From positions 672,001-736,000 of the forward strand of contig CAVVJT010000007.1 in NCBI GenBank assembly GCA_963748625.1: 64,000 nucleotides of DNA, written 5' to 3'. Below the pieces are notes generated by a model. That model saw nothing but the letters and a program-made list of their open reading frames with translations, ran no database searches and was not told the origin of the DNA. Source of the stretch: an uncultured Chloroflexia bacterium. GTDB lineage: Bacteria > Chloroflexota > Limnocylindria > Limnocylindrales > CSP1-4. A program made the position numbers and the translations under genes. This document shows positions 8,782 to 18,610 of the stretch, piece by piece. Every line of letters begins with the position of its first letter. The stretch's first letter is position 1.

Positions 8782-11088
8782 ATGACGCAGACGCAGGACC
8801 CCGCCCAGCGTGAGCAGGTCTACCACTCCGACCATCGCCCGGACTTCACGCCGTTCGTGAAGTCGGCCGGGACGATCAGGGGCTTCACGTACGCGGGCAA
8901 CCTCGCGTCCGAGCTCGAGGCAGGCACCATCACGCAGCCCGAGGCGCTCGAGCTGCTCGACGACATGCTCGCCATCCGCGAGCTCGAGGAGATGATCGTC
9001 CGCCTCCGCTCCGGCGGCTACGACGCACTCCCCGGCTACGACTACCGCGGCCCCACGCACGTCTCCATCGGCCAGGAGGGTGCGGCGGTTGGCGCGAGCT
9101 CCGTCCTGCGCACCGACGACAACATCACCAGCTCCCACCGCGGCCACGGCGACGCCATCGCCAAGGGCTTCTCCGCCCTGCGCAAGATGAGCGACGTCCA
9201 GCTCGCCGTCCGCACCGGCCGCACGGGCACCCGCGAGGAGCTCCTCGGCGCCGCCCTCGAGGACCACGTCTTCAAGACCATCGCGGAGCTGTTCGGCAAG
9301 GAGGACGGCTACAACAAGGGCCGCGGCGGCGGCATGCACATCGCCGACTACTCCACTGGCAACCTGGGGGCCAACGCCATCGTGGGCGGGTCCGTGCCGA
9401 TCGCCACGGGCGCCGCCATGGCCGCGCGCTACGAGGGCTCGGATCGGGTCGTCTGCTGCTTCGCGGGCGACGGGTCGTATGCCAACGGCGTGGTGCTCGA
9501 GTCCCTCAACTGGGCCGCCCAGGTCCAGTGGACCAACCACCTGGCCGAAACGCCGTACGGCCTGCCGGCGATCTACGTCATCCAGAACAACCACTACGGC
9601 ATGACCGGCCGCGCCGACGACGAGGTCATGGGCGTCCAGTTCCTCGCCCAGCGTGCTGCGGGCTTCGCCGAGAACACGATGCACGCCGAGGTCGTCAACG
9701 GCATGGACGTGCTCGCCGTGCGCGAGGCCGTCCAGCGCGCCGCCGCGATCTGCCGCCGTGGCGAGGGCCCGGTCCTGCTCGAGGTGAGCACGTACCGCTA
9801 CTACGGCCACTCGCTCTCCGACCCGCGCAACGAGTACCGGACCCGGGACGAGGAGGCCGCGTGGCGCGCCATCGACCCGATCGCACAGCTCCGCGAGCAG
9901 CTCCTCGCGGCCGGCGTCGACGCCGGAACCGTCGAGGCCGTCGAACAGGGCGCCACCGCCCGCAACGCCCGCGCCGCCCAGCGCGCAGCCGTCTCGCCCG
10001 AGCCCGCCGCCTCCGCCGTGCTCGACTACATGTACACCGACACCACCTCGGCCGGCACCGAGGTCGCGTCCCCCGCCCTCCTGGCCCCGCTTCCCGAGGC
10101 CAAGCGCGACGCCAACGGCCAGATCAGCTACAAGGACGCCCTGCGCGAGGCGCTCGCCCAGGAGATGGTCCGCGACGCCCGTGTCATCCACTACGGCGAG
10201 GACGTGGCCGACTACGGCGGCGCCTTCAAGCTGACCAAGGGCCTGCTGGAGAGCTTCGGACGCAACCGCGTCTTCAACACGCCGATCTCCGAAGCCGCCA
10301 TCTGCGGCACCGCGGTTGGCGCGGCGATCGCCGGCACCCGCCCGGTCGTCGAGTTGATGTACATGGACTTCGCGCTGATGGCGTCCGACCAGATCGCCAA
10401 CCAGGCCGCGAAGTGGCACTTCATGTCGGGCGGCCAGATCGAGGTCCCGCTCGTGATCCGCGCCTCGGTCGGCGCGGGCAAGGGCTACGGCGGCCAGCAC
10501 AGCCAGAGCCTCGAGTCGATTTTCACCCACACCCCCGGCCTCTACGTCGTCTACCCGTCCACCGCGGCTGACGCGAAGGGCCTTCTCGCCTCCTCGATCC
10601 GGACCAACAACCCGGTCCTCTTCGTGGAGAGCCAGGGCCTCTACACCACCAAGGGCGTCGTGCCCGAGGGCGAGCATCTCGTCGAGATCGGCACGGCCGC
10701 GGTCCGGCGCGAAGGCGACGGGGTCACGCTCGTGTCCTGGGGCCCGGCGGTCCTGGACTGCCTCAAGGCCGCTGAGACGCTGGCCGCCGAGCACGGCCTG
10801 GAGGCCGAGGTCATCGACCTGCGCTCGCTGGTCCCGCTCGATCTCGAGACCGTCCTGACGTCCGTCCGCAAGACCGGGCGCGCCGTGGTGGTCGCCCAGG
10901 CGATCCTGCGCGGCTCATTCGTGAACGAGATCGTGGCCTCGATCCAGCTGGAGGCGTTCGACGACCTCGATGCGCCGGTGGGCCGCGTGGGCGCCGTCCC
11001 GGGCATCTCGCCCCAGAGCGAGATCCTCGAGGCAGCGTTCCTGCCCAACGCGGGCGACATCGTCAGCGCCGTCCTGGCGATCGGCTGA
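8782..11088 (+). CDS. Fused E1 alpha-beta subunit of a pyruvate/acetoin/2-oxoacid dehydrogenase complex
   Basis: HVSIGQE, SHRGHG, TPP motif GDGS...QNNHYG, YRYYGHS; beta half GEDVADYGG, FNTPISEAAI, HSQS, IDLRSLVPLD. Confidence 0.93.
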   Translation: MTQTQDPAQREQVYHSDHRPDFTPFVKSAGTIRGFTYAGNLASELEAGTITQPEALELLDDMLAIRELEEMIVRLRSGGYDALPGYDYRGPTHVSIGQEGAAVGASSVLRTDDNITSSHRGHGDAIAKGFSALRKMSDVQLAVRTGRTGTREELLGAALEDHVFKTIAELFGKEDGYNKGRGGGMHIADYSTGNLGANAIVGGSVPIATGAAMAARYEGSDRVVCCFAGDGSYANGVVLESLNWAAQVQWTNHLAETPYGLPAIYVIQNNHYGMTGRADDEVMGVQFLAQRAAGFAENTMHAEVVNGMDVLAVREAVQRAAAICRRGEGPVLLEVSTYRYYGHSLSDPRNEYRTRDEEAAWRAIDPIAQLREQLLAAGVDAGTVEAVEQGATARNARAAQRAAVSPEPAASAVLDYMYTDTTSAGTEVASPALLAPLPEAKRDANGQISYKDALREALAQEMVRDARVIHYGEDVADYGGAFKLTKGLLESFGRNRVFNTPISEAAICGTAVGAAIAGTRPVVELMYMDFALMASDQIANQAAKWHFMSGGQIEVPLVIRASVGAGKGYGGQHSQSLESIFTHTPGLYVVYPSTAADAKGLLASSIRTNNPVLFVESQGLYTTKGVVPEGEHLVEIGTAAVRREGDGVTLVSWGPAVLDCLKAAETLAAEHGLEAEVIDLRSLVPLDLETVLTSVRKTGRAVVVAQAILRGSFVNEIVASIQLEAFDDLDAPVGRVGAVPGISPQSEILEAAFLPNAGDIVSAVLAIG

Positions 11089-11117
11089 GCGGCCCCGAGC
11101 GACACGGAGAGACGACG

Positions 11118-12476
11118 ATGGCGCACCCGATCCTGATGCCGAAGCCCGGTCAGATGACCGAGGAATGCACGATCATCGCCTGGCACAAGGCCGAGGGCGA
11201 CAGCATCGCGAAGGGCGATGTGGTCTTCGAGATCGAGACCGACAAGTCCGCGATGGAGGTCGAGTCCTGGGAGGCCGGCGTCCTGCTCAAGCAGGTGGTC
11301 GCCGCGGGCGAGACGGTGCCCGTGAACGCGGTCTGCGCGTGGATCGGGCAGCCCGGGGAGGCGATCCCGGAGACGCCGGCCGCGCCCGTGGCCGCCGTCG
11401 CACCGGCGCCCGCAGCCGCGCCTGAGCCCACCCCGGCCCCAGCGCCCGCTCCGGCTCCGGCCGCGGTTGTGCCGGCCCCAGTCGACGCCGTCCCCGCACC
11501 GGCAGCTCCGGCAGCTCCGGCCGCGCCAGGCGAACGCGTGAGGATCAGTCCGCGCGCGAGCCGCCTGGCCGCGTCCGCCGGCCTCGACCCTCGAACGATC
11601 GCGGGCTCCGGCCCCGGCGGGCGGATCGTCGAGAAGGACATCCACGCCGCCATCGAGGCCGCGAAGGCGGCTTCGGCTTCGGCTTCGGCTTCGGCTTCGG
11701 CTTCGGCTTCGGCAAGCGTGGTAGCCGCGCCCGTGGCAGCTGCATCGGCCAGCGCCCCGTCCGCCATCCAGATCCCCATCGATGCTGACGCCTCGGTCGA
11801 GCCGATGTCGCGGATGCGCCGCGTCATCGCGGACCGCCTCACCCACAGCTGGACGACGACGCCGCACTTCACGGTCACCGTTGCCGTGAACATGCAGCGC
11901 CTGTTCAACCTGCGCACCGAGCTCAAGGCCCAGGGCACCAACCTGTCGGTGACCGACTTCATCCTCGCGGCAACGTCGCAGACCCTGGTCGAGTTCCCGG
12001 ACGTCAACACCCGGGTCGACGGGACCAACCTCGTCCGCCGGCGCCACGTCCACCTCGGGCTTGCCGTCTCGGTGACCGGCGGCCTCCTCGTGCCGGTGAT
12101 CCGGGACGCGGACCTGCTCTCCGTCACGGGCATCCACGACCGGTCACAGGCCCTCATCCAGGGCGCACGTGCCGGCACCCTCGGCCCGGACGAGCTGTCG
12201 GGCTCCACCTTCTCGGTGTCCAACTTGGGCATGTTCGAGGTGGAGGAGTTCTCCGCGATCATCAACCCAGGCGAGGGCGCGATCCTCGCGGTCTCGTCGG
12301 CCGTGCCCACGCCGGTCGTCGTCGGGGAGGGCATCGCCGTCCGGCCGATCATGAAGCTCACGCTGTCGGCCGACCACCGCGTGGTGGACGGCGAGACGGC
12401 GGCCCGCTTCCTGGGCGCGCTGCGCCGGCGGCTCGAGGACGCCGACGCGTTCCGGACGCAGGTGCTCCTGGACTGA
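11118..12476 (+). CDS. Dihydrolipoamide acyltransferase (E2)
   Basis: Lipoyl domain EIETDKSAMEV, E3-binding ISPRASRLA...GSGPGGRI, catalytic SADHRVVDG. Confidence 0.95.
   Translation: MAHPILMPKPGQMTEECTIIAWHKAEGDSIAKGDVVFEIETDKSAMEVESWEAGVLLKQVVAAGETVPVNAVCAWIGQPGEAIPETPAAPVAAVAPAPAAAPEPTPAPAPAPAPAAVVPAPVDAVPAPAAPAAPAAPGERVRISPRASRLAASAGLDPRTIAGSGPGGRIVEKDIHAAIEAAKAASASASASASASASASVVAAPVAAASASAPSAIQIPIDADASVEPMSRMRRVIADRLTHSWTTTPHFTVTVAVNMQRLFNLRTELKAQGTNLSVTDFILAATSQTLVEFPDVNTRVDGTNLVRRRHVHLGLAVSVTGGLLVPVIRDADLLSVTGIHDRSQALIQGARAGTLGPDELSGSTFSVSNLGMFEVEEFSAIINPGEGAILAVSSAVPTPVVVGEGIAVRPIMKLTLSADHRVVDGETAARFLGALRRRLEDADAFRTQVLLD
11670..11711 (+). repeat. (GCTTCG)7 in-frame microsatellite encoding (AS)n linker of E2
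   Basis: Seven perfect hexamer copies read directly. Confidence 0.9.
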
Positions 12477-12602
12477 CGCCTCCGGGTGCGGGGCAGGCCC
12501 GGGTCGCCTGCCCCGGCCGCCTGCCCCCATCGCCCGCCCCAGACCGCACGCCGCACCGGCGATACTCCGGGCCTACACACGACCGCCCCGGAGCCAGACC
12601 CG

Positions 12603-13631
12603 ATGCCCACGCTTGCCGACTATCCGCGCGAGAACCTCCGCTTCGGCCCCTCGCCCATCCAGCGCCTGCCGCGCCTGTCGAAGCACCTCGGCGGGGCGAT
12701 GGTCTGGGCGAAGCGCGAGGACGTGAACTCCGGGCTCGCGTTCGGCGGCAACAAGGTCCGCAAGCTCGAATACCTCCTCGCCGACGCCCTGGAGCAGGGC
12801 GCGGACACCCTCGTGTCGATCGGCGGCGTCCAGTCCAACCACACCCGCCAGGTGGCGGCGGTCGCGGCGCATGCAGGCCTCGGATGCGTGCTGGTCCAGG
12901 AGCACTGGGTCGAGTGGCCGGACGTGACCTACGACCGCACCGGGAACATCCTCATGAGCCGCCTGATGGGCGCCGAGGTCCGCCTCGACCCGGCCGGCTT
13001 CTCCATCGGCTTCCGCGACAGCTGGAAGCAGGCGCTCGACGATGTCGAGGCGCGCGGCGGCAGGCCCTATGCGATCCCGGCCGGCGCCTCGGACCATCCG
13101 CTGGGAGGCCACGGCTTCGCGGGCTGGGCGTACGAGGTCGCGGAGCAGGAGGAGGAGATGGACGTCTTCTTCGACACGATCATCGTGTGCTCGGTGACCG
13201 GGTCCACGCAGGCGGGCATGATCGCGGGCTTCGCGGTCCTGGAGGATGCGGGCGGCCGCAAGCGGCAGGTCATCGGCATCGACGGATCCGCCACGGTGCC
13301 CGAGACCCGCGAGCAGGTCGCGCGGATCGCCCGCCGGACCGCGGGGATGATCGGCCTGGAGCGGGACCTGCGCGATGACGAGATCATCCTCGACGACCGG
13401 TACCACGGTGGCGTCTACGGTCTCCCCGACGAGCGGACGCTCGACGCGATGCGCCTGGTCGCGCGCCTGGAAGGGATGATCACGGACCCCGTGTACGAGG
13501 GGAAGTCGATGGCGGGCCTGGTCGACCTGGTGGCCCGTGGCGAGATCGGCAAGGACAGCAACGTCCTCTACGCGCACCTCGGTGGGCAGCCGGCGATCAA
13601 CGCCTACGCCTCGCTGTTCACGGGCGGCTGA
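12603..13631 (+). CDS. acdS: 1-aminocyclopropane-1-carboxylate deaminase
   Basis: [37 protein letters not shown] (E295 equivalent) and YAHLGG (L322 equivalent), diagnostic of ACC deaminase rather than D-cysteine desulfhydrase. Confidence 0.93.
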   Translation: MPTLADYPRENLRFGPSPIQRLPRLSKHLGGAMVWAKREDVNSGLAFGGNKVRKLEYLLADALEQGADTLVSIGGVQSNHTRQVAAVAAHAGLGCVLVQEHWVEWPDVTYDRTGNILMSRLMGAEVRLDPAGFSIGFRDSWKQALDDVEARGGRPYAIPAGASDHPLGGHGFAGWAYEVAEQEEEMDVFFDTIIVCSVTGSTQAGMIAGFAVLEDAGGRKRQVIGIDGSATVPETREQVARIARRTAGMIGLERDLRDDEIILDDRYHGGVYGLPDERTLDAMRLVARLEGMITDPVYEGKSMAGLVDLVARGEIGKDSNVLYAHLGGQPAINAYASLFTGG

Positions 13632-13922
13632 CTTCGGCGGCAGATCACCGGCCGACGACCCGTGGGCCGTCCCCGTTCACCGTGCGCCGTGCATCTGAGG
13701 CAATAGATCGCGGGTGTCGCGTCGCCGCGTTGCCGCTCTCGCACCTGCACGACGGCGATTGGGCGTCACGAGCGCCAGTGGGTGCAGCTGGCGTGCTCCC
13801 CTAGCAACGGCGCGACACATGGGGCCCCAACCATTGCGTGGCGTGCACCGCAGGTCCGCACGAATGGCGGCAACCACGCGGATTGAGCCGTCCCTGCAGG
13901 CTTTCGGCGCCGCCGTTGCGAG

Positions 13923-14804
13923 CTACGAGAGGCCCAGGAGCTCCGCGAGCAGGGCCGCCACCGCGGGATGCGGCCGGCGCTCCGGCTTGAGGGCGATCAG
14001 CACGCGCCGGTGGACCGGCGGGTCGAAGGCGGCGATCGTCGCCCGGATCTCCCGGTCCCGGAGCGCCAGGCCCGGCAGCGGCGCGATGCCCAGGCCCGCC
14101 TCCACGAGGGCGATGATCACGCTGTAGTCGCGGCAGTTCGAGCGGACCCGGGGCTCGAAGCCCGCCCGTCGGCAGGCACCGGTGACCGCAGCGTGGATCG
14201 TGCTGGCCTCGGTGTCCATGATCCAACGCTCCCCGGCGAGCGAGGCGAAGGTCACCGGCGCCGCGCGCCCGCCCGAGCCCGGTCGCGCGAGGAACAACGG
14301 GTCCTCCATCAGCGGCAGCCACTCGAGCGCGGGGTCCAGCGGCGCATCGGGGTCGTACTCGTCCACCACCGCGAGGTCCACGTCGTCGTGGCGCAGGGCG
14401 GCGAGGCTCTCGGCCGTCTCCAAGTCACGCAGGAGGATCCGCAGGTGCGGGTGGGCCTGCCCGAGGCGACTGATGACGGTGGGGAGGAGCGCCCGCGCCG
14501 CCGTCGGGAAGGCGGCGATCCGCAGGGTGCCGGTGATCTCGTCACGCCGCGCCGCCAGCTCCGACTCCGCAGTGGACAGGGCCTGGGCAATGACATCCGC
14601 GTGCTCGACGAGCATCGTGCCGGCCTCGGTGAGGCGCACCAGCCGCCCGTGCGGCTCCAGGAGCGGCATGCCGGCCTCGTCCTCCAGGATCCGGAGCTGC
14701 TGGCTCACAGCCGACGGCGTGACCGACATCGCCTCCGCCGCCGCGCGGATGGTTCCCCGTCGCGCGACCTCGCGCAGGAGCTGCAGGCGCCAGACCCCGA
14801 GCAT
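13923..14804 (-). CDS. LysR family transcriptional regulator
   Basis: GGGAGG RBS; GTIRAAAEAMSVTPSAVSQQLRILE HTH; LTEAG; LysR substrate domain. Confidence 0.93.
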   Translation of the reverse strand: MLGVWRLQLLREVARRGTIRAAAEAMSVTPSAVSQQLRILEDEAGMPLLEPHGRLVRLTEAGTMLVEHADVIAQALSTAESELAARRDEITGTLRIAAFPTAARALLPTVISRLGQAHPHLRILLRDLETAESLAALRHDDVDLAVVDEYDPDAPLDPALEWLPLMEDPLFLARPGSGGRAAPVTFASLAGERWIMDTEASTIHAAVTGACRRAGFEPRVRSNCRDYSVIIALVEAGLGIAPLPGLALRDREIRATIAAFDPPVHRRVLIALKPERRPHPAVAALLAELLGLS

Positions 14805-14879
14805 CGGCCGACCCTCCCGTTGATGAAGTAGTCCTGCTACCGGATTGTGCAAGAAGTCTGCACTTGATGTTCGCTGTTG

Positions 14880-15020
14880 GCCAAGCGAGCATGCGCGCAA
14901 GCGAGAAGCTGCCCACCGTCCCGGTTCCGGTCGCCTCAGGCCTCCGGACCCGCACCTCCGCGGCCCCCCACTGGCCCGGTCCGTCGCCCCCCCCGACGGG
15001 CCGGGCCCTCCTCGTTCCCG
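14880..15020 (+). ncRNA. Candidate small RNA with C-rich loop, divergent from LysR gene
   Basis: AT-richer LysR-type intergenic region with no credible divergent CDS; 14-bp stem (14973-15007) with a C7 loop and a second C6 run at 14964-14969. Confidence 0.3.
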
Positions 15021-15089
15021 CGGGGCGATCGACGATCCGGCCACGGGCGGGCGTCACGCGGGCCGGCCGGCGGTGCGGTCAGCGGCCGG

Positions 15090-15650
15090 CTACCGCGGAA
15101 GGCGGTCGAGCAGGTCCCGGGTCGACACCACCGTCGCGAACTCGCCGTGCAGGTTGGCGGCCGTCGCGCGGGCAAGGTCGTCGGCCACAACCACCTGGCC
15201 GTCTGGGCCCCGCCGGTCGAACGTGTGCGTGGCGTCCAGCGCGAAGCTGACCTCGTAGCCGAGGTTGCCGGCCATGCGCGCGGTCGTCTCGCAGCAGTGG
15301 TTGGTGGTGATGCCGCAGATCACCAGCGCGTCGATGTCGCGGGCGCGCAGCCAGGCATCGAGGTCCGGCGTTCCGTAGAAGGCGGAGTTGACGCTCTTGC
15401 TGACGAGGACGTCATGCGGGCCATCGACCCCTGCCTTGAAAGCGTTGCCGGGCTGGCCCGGCCGGAGCGGCGAGCCCGGAACGACCGAGTCGTGGCGGAC
15501 CAGGACGACCGGCAGGCCACGCGCGCGCCATGCCTCGAGCAGGCGGGCGATGTTCGCCTCGCAGGCCGGGTTGTTGCGCGGGCCCCAGGCCGGGTCGTCG
15601 AAGCCCTGCTGGACGTCCACGACGATGAGGGCGGCGGGTTTGCTGGTCAT
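15090..15650 (-). CDS. Isochorismatase family cysteine hydrolase
   Basis: [34 protein letters not shown]. Confidence 0.92.
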   Translation of the reverse strand: MTSKPAALIVVDVQQGFDDPAWGPRNNPACEANIARLLEAWRARGLPVVLVRHDSVVPGSPLRPGQPGNAFKAGVDGPHDVLVSKSVNSAFYGTPDLDAWLRARDIDALVICGITTNHCCETTARMAGNLGYEVSFALDATHTFDRRGPDGQVVVADDLARATAANLHGEFATVVSTRDLLDRLPR

Positions 15651-15764
15651 CGGCCGATCCTACAGGGCAGGGCAGGCACGGAGGTCGGGCTCCCGCCACG
15701 GAGGTCGCCGGTCCCCCGGGTGCTACCCTCCGGCACCACTGCGATCCCGCACGAGAGGACCTCC

Positions 15765-17726
15765 GTGACCGATCCGAAGCCGCTGGATCCCAGCTCCTGG
15801 GACAGCGCGAGCCCACTGGCCGAGGACTTCTACCACCACGTCAACCGGGCGTGGCTGGACGCGAACCCGGTGCCGGCCGAGTACCCCGCCTGGGGCGCCT
15901 TCATCGAGCTCGACCACCGGAACAAGGAGCTCACGCGAGACCTGCTGGAGGCAGCGGCCGACGCGTCGGTCGCCGGGACGGCCGATGCTGTCACGCGCCT
16001 CGTCGGCGACTTCTACGCGTCCGGGATGGACGAGGCGGCGATCGCTGCGGCGGGCGCGGAGCCACTGCGCCCGTTCCTGGACCGGATCGATACGCTCGCC
16101 TCGGTCGAGGATGTCCGCGCCTTCAACCTCGAGCTCCACATGAGCGGACTCGGCGCCTTCTTCGGCGTCGGCGTGGAGGCCGACTTCGAGGACGCGAACC
16201 AGTACCTGGCCTACGTGCAGCAGGCGGGCTTGTCGCTGCCGGAGAAGGGCTACTACCAGAACGACGACGAGAAGTCGGTGGCGCTGCGCGCGGCCTTCAC
16301 CGCCCACGTCGGCAACCAGTTCCGGAACCTCGGCTACCAGGATGACCGGGCGACTGGCGCGGCGGACGCGGTCCTCGCCTTCGAGACCCGCCTCGCCGGG
16401 GTGTCGCTGTCGCGCGAGGAGCAGCGGGATCCGCGCCGGACGATGAACCGCTTTGCGGTGGCCGCGCTCGACGACCTGATGCCGCTCACCCGCCTCTCAG
16501 CGTTCCTGCGCGAGCTTGGCGTCGGCAGCGAGACGGTCAGCGTGCAAAACCCCGCGTTCATGACCGCGCTGGACGCGATCCTCGTGGAGACCCCGCTCGA
16601 CACGGTCAAGGACGCCCTGCGCTGGCACCTCGTGCACGCCACCGCATCATCCCTGGCGCCGGCCTTCGAGAACGAGGCCTTCGCCTTCTTCGGACGGATC
16701 CTCGGTGGCCAGCAGGAGCAGCACCCTCGCTGGAAGCGCATCGTGGGCGCCGCATCGTCGGACCTGGGCGAGGCCGTCGGACAGCTGTTCGTGCGGGTGA
16801 CGTTCCCGCCCGAGGCCAAGGCACGGGTCGAGACGCTCGTGGGCCACCTGCTCACGTCGATGGGCGAGGCCATCCGCCGCAACGCGTGGATGACCGACAC
16901 GACCCGCGAGCAGGCCCTCACCAAGCTCGCCGGCTTCGGCTACAAGATCGGCTACCCGGACGAGTGGCGGGACTACGCCGCCCTCACGATGGACCGCTCC
17001 TCGTACCTCGCGAACCGCCTGGCCGCGGCGGCGTTCGAGCAGCGCCGGCAGCTGGGCCAGCTGGGCAAGCCGATGGACCGCGGCGAGTGGGCGATGCCGC
17101 CGCACGTCGTGAACGCCTACTACCACCCACTGCGCAACGAGATCGTCTTCCCGGCCGGAATCCTGCAGCCCCCGTTCTTCTGGCGCGAGGCGGACGACGC
17201 CGTCAACTACGGGGGCATCGGGACGGTGATCGGCCACGAGGTCACGCACGGCTTCGACGACACCGGGTCCCGCTTCGACGCCGCGGGCGCCCTGCGCGAC
17301 TGGTGGACCGAGGCCGACCGGACGGAGTTCGAGCGGCGCGCCGCCGTGCTGGTGGAGCAGTTCAGCGGCTACGAGGTGCTCGACGGCGTCAACGTCAACG
17401 GCCGCCTCACCCTGGGCGAGAACATCGCGGACCTCGGCGGTATCGCGGTCTCGCTCGACGCCATGCACGACGCCGTTCCCGCGGACGCGCCGCTCATCGA
17501 CGGCCTCACGCCGGACCAGCGCTTCTTCGCGGCCTACGCGACGATGTGGCGGACGGGATACACGGAGGCGTACGCACGCCTGCTGGCCAACGTGGACACC
17601 CACTCGCCGTCGATGTACCGGGTCAACGGCCCGCTCTCGAACACGCCGGCGTTCGCCGCCGCCTTCGGCATCGCCGAAGGGTCGCCCATGGCGCTCCGGG
17701 ACATCGAGCGCGCGAGGATCTGGTAG
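15765..17726 (+). CDS. pepO: M13 family zinc metalloendopeptidase (PepO/neprilysin-like)
   Basis: DFYHHVN, VNAYY, HEVTH, GENIAD, HSP motifs; GAGAGGA RBS before GTG. Confidence 0.92.
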   Translation: MTDPKPLDPSSWDSASPLAEDFYHHVNRAWLDANPVPAEYPAWGAFIELDHRNKELTRDLLEAAADASVAGTADAVTRLVGDFYASGMDEAAIAAAGAEPLRPFLDRIDTLASVEDVRAFNLELHMSGLGAFFGVGVEADFEDANQYLAYVQQAGLSLPEKGYYQNDDEKSVALRAAFTAHVGNQFRNLGYQDDRATGAADAVLAFETRLAGVSLSREEQRDPRRTMNRFAVAALDDLMPLTRLSAFLRELGVGSETVSVQNPAFMTALDAILVETPLDTVKDALRWHLVHATASSLAPAFENEAFAFFGRILGGQQEQHPRWKRIVGAASSDLGEAVGQLFVRVTFPPEAKARVETLVGHLLTSMGEAIRRNAWMTDTTREQALTKLAGFGYKIGYPDEWRDYAALTMDRSSYLANRLAAAAFEQRRQLGQLGKPMDRGEWAMPPHVVNAYYHPLRNEIVFPAGILQPPFFWREADDAVNYGGIGTVIGHEVTHGFDDTGSRFDAAGALRDWWTEADRTEFERRAAVLVEQFSGYEVLDGVNVNGRLTLGENIADLGGIAVSLDAMHDAVPADAPLIDGLTPDQRFFAAYATMWRTGYTEAYARLLANVDTHSPSMYRVNGPLSNTPAFAAAFGIAEGSPMALRDIERARIW

Positions 17727-17756
17727 CCGGCACAGCCGGCCGAGGGAGGATCGAGG

Positions 17757-18602
17757 ATGACGTTTTCCATCGTCGCGCGGGACCCGGAGACCGGGGACGT
17801 CGGCATCGCGATCGCCTCCAAGGTGGTGGCCGTTGGGGCGGTTGCTCCGTTTGCGAAGGCGCTGGTGGGGGCGGTGGCGTCACAGTCGGCGCCCAACGTG
17901 ACCTACGGGCCGGACGGCCTCGCCCGCCTGGCCGCCGGGGAGCACCCCAAGGCGATCCTCCAGGCGCTCACCGCGCCCGACAGCATGGCCGCCATGCGCC
18001 AGGTGGGCATCGTGGACGCGACCGGGCGGGCGGCGAGCTACACCGGCGCCGAGTGCGTCGAGTGGGCCGGGGGCCGCGTCGGGCCGGGCGTTGCCGCGCA
18101 AGGCAACATGCTCACAGGCCCCGCGGTCGTGGACGCCCTGATCGACTCCTACCTCGCGGCCACCGGAAGCTTCCCCGAGCGGCTGCTCGCAGCGCTCCGC
18201 GCGGGTGACGCGGCCGGCGGGGACAAGCGCGGGCGCCAGTCGGCCGCGCTCCTCGTCCGCCGCGAGAAGGGCGGGATCGCGGGGCTCGACGACCGCTGGA
18301 TCGACCTCCGCGTGGATGACCACACGGATCCGACCGCGGAGCTTGCGCGCCTGTACGACCTGCTGGCGAAGCAGAACAACCCGCTGACGGCGGAGAACCT
18401 GCCCAAGGTCGCCTCGATGCTCGTGGGCACCGTGGCCAACTCCATCAAGCAGGCGATGTCGGGCGAGCCCAAGCCGGAGCCGCTGCTCGTGGCCTGGGAG
18501 CCGGAGGCACCCGCGGGCGACGACGCGCAGGCCCGGCGCGCACCGGCCGGGAGCGCACCGGCGGCGGGCGGGACGGCCGACGACGGCTCCATCGGCGGCT
18601 GA
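17757..18602 (+). CDS. DUF1028 family Ntn-hydrolase-like protein
   Basis: MTFSIVARD N-terminus, QGNML, GGDKRGRQSAAL, DLRVDDH. Confidence 0.9.
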   Translation: MTFSIVARDPETGDVGIAIASKVVAVGAVAPFAKALVGAVASQSAPNVTYGPDGLARLAAGEHPKAILQALTAPDSMAAMRQVGIVDATGRAASYTGAECVEWAGGRVGPGVAAQGNMLTGPAVVDALIDSYLAATGSFPERLLAALRAGDAAGGDKRGRQSAALLVRREKGGIAGLDDRWIDLRVDDHTDPTAELARLYDLLAKQNNPLTAENLPKVASMLVGTVANSIKQAMSGEPKPEPLLVAWEPEAPAGDDAQARRAPAGSAPAAGGTADDGSIGG

Positions 18603-18610
18603 CCACCGCC

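Noticed and set aside
13632-13922. Intergenic stretches with hairpin potential (also 42331-42620 and 5770-6100) as ncRNAs
   Set aside because: No recognisable family motif or second copy by eye; pairing is expected at this GC content.
14877-15764. N-terminal 296-aa extension of the M13 peptidase in the ORF track
   Set aside because: It overlaps the antisense isochorismatase gene; the real start is GTG 15765 with an RBS.
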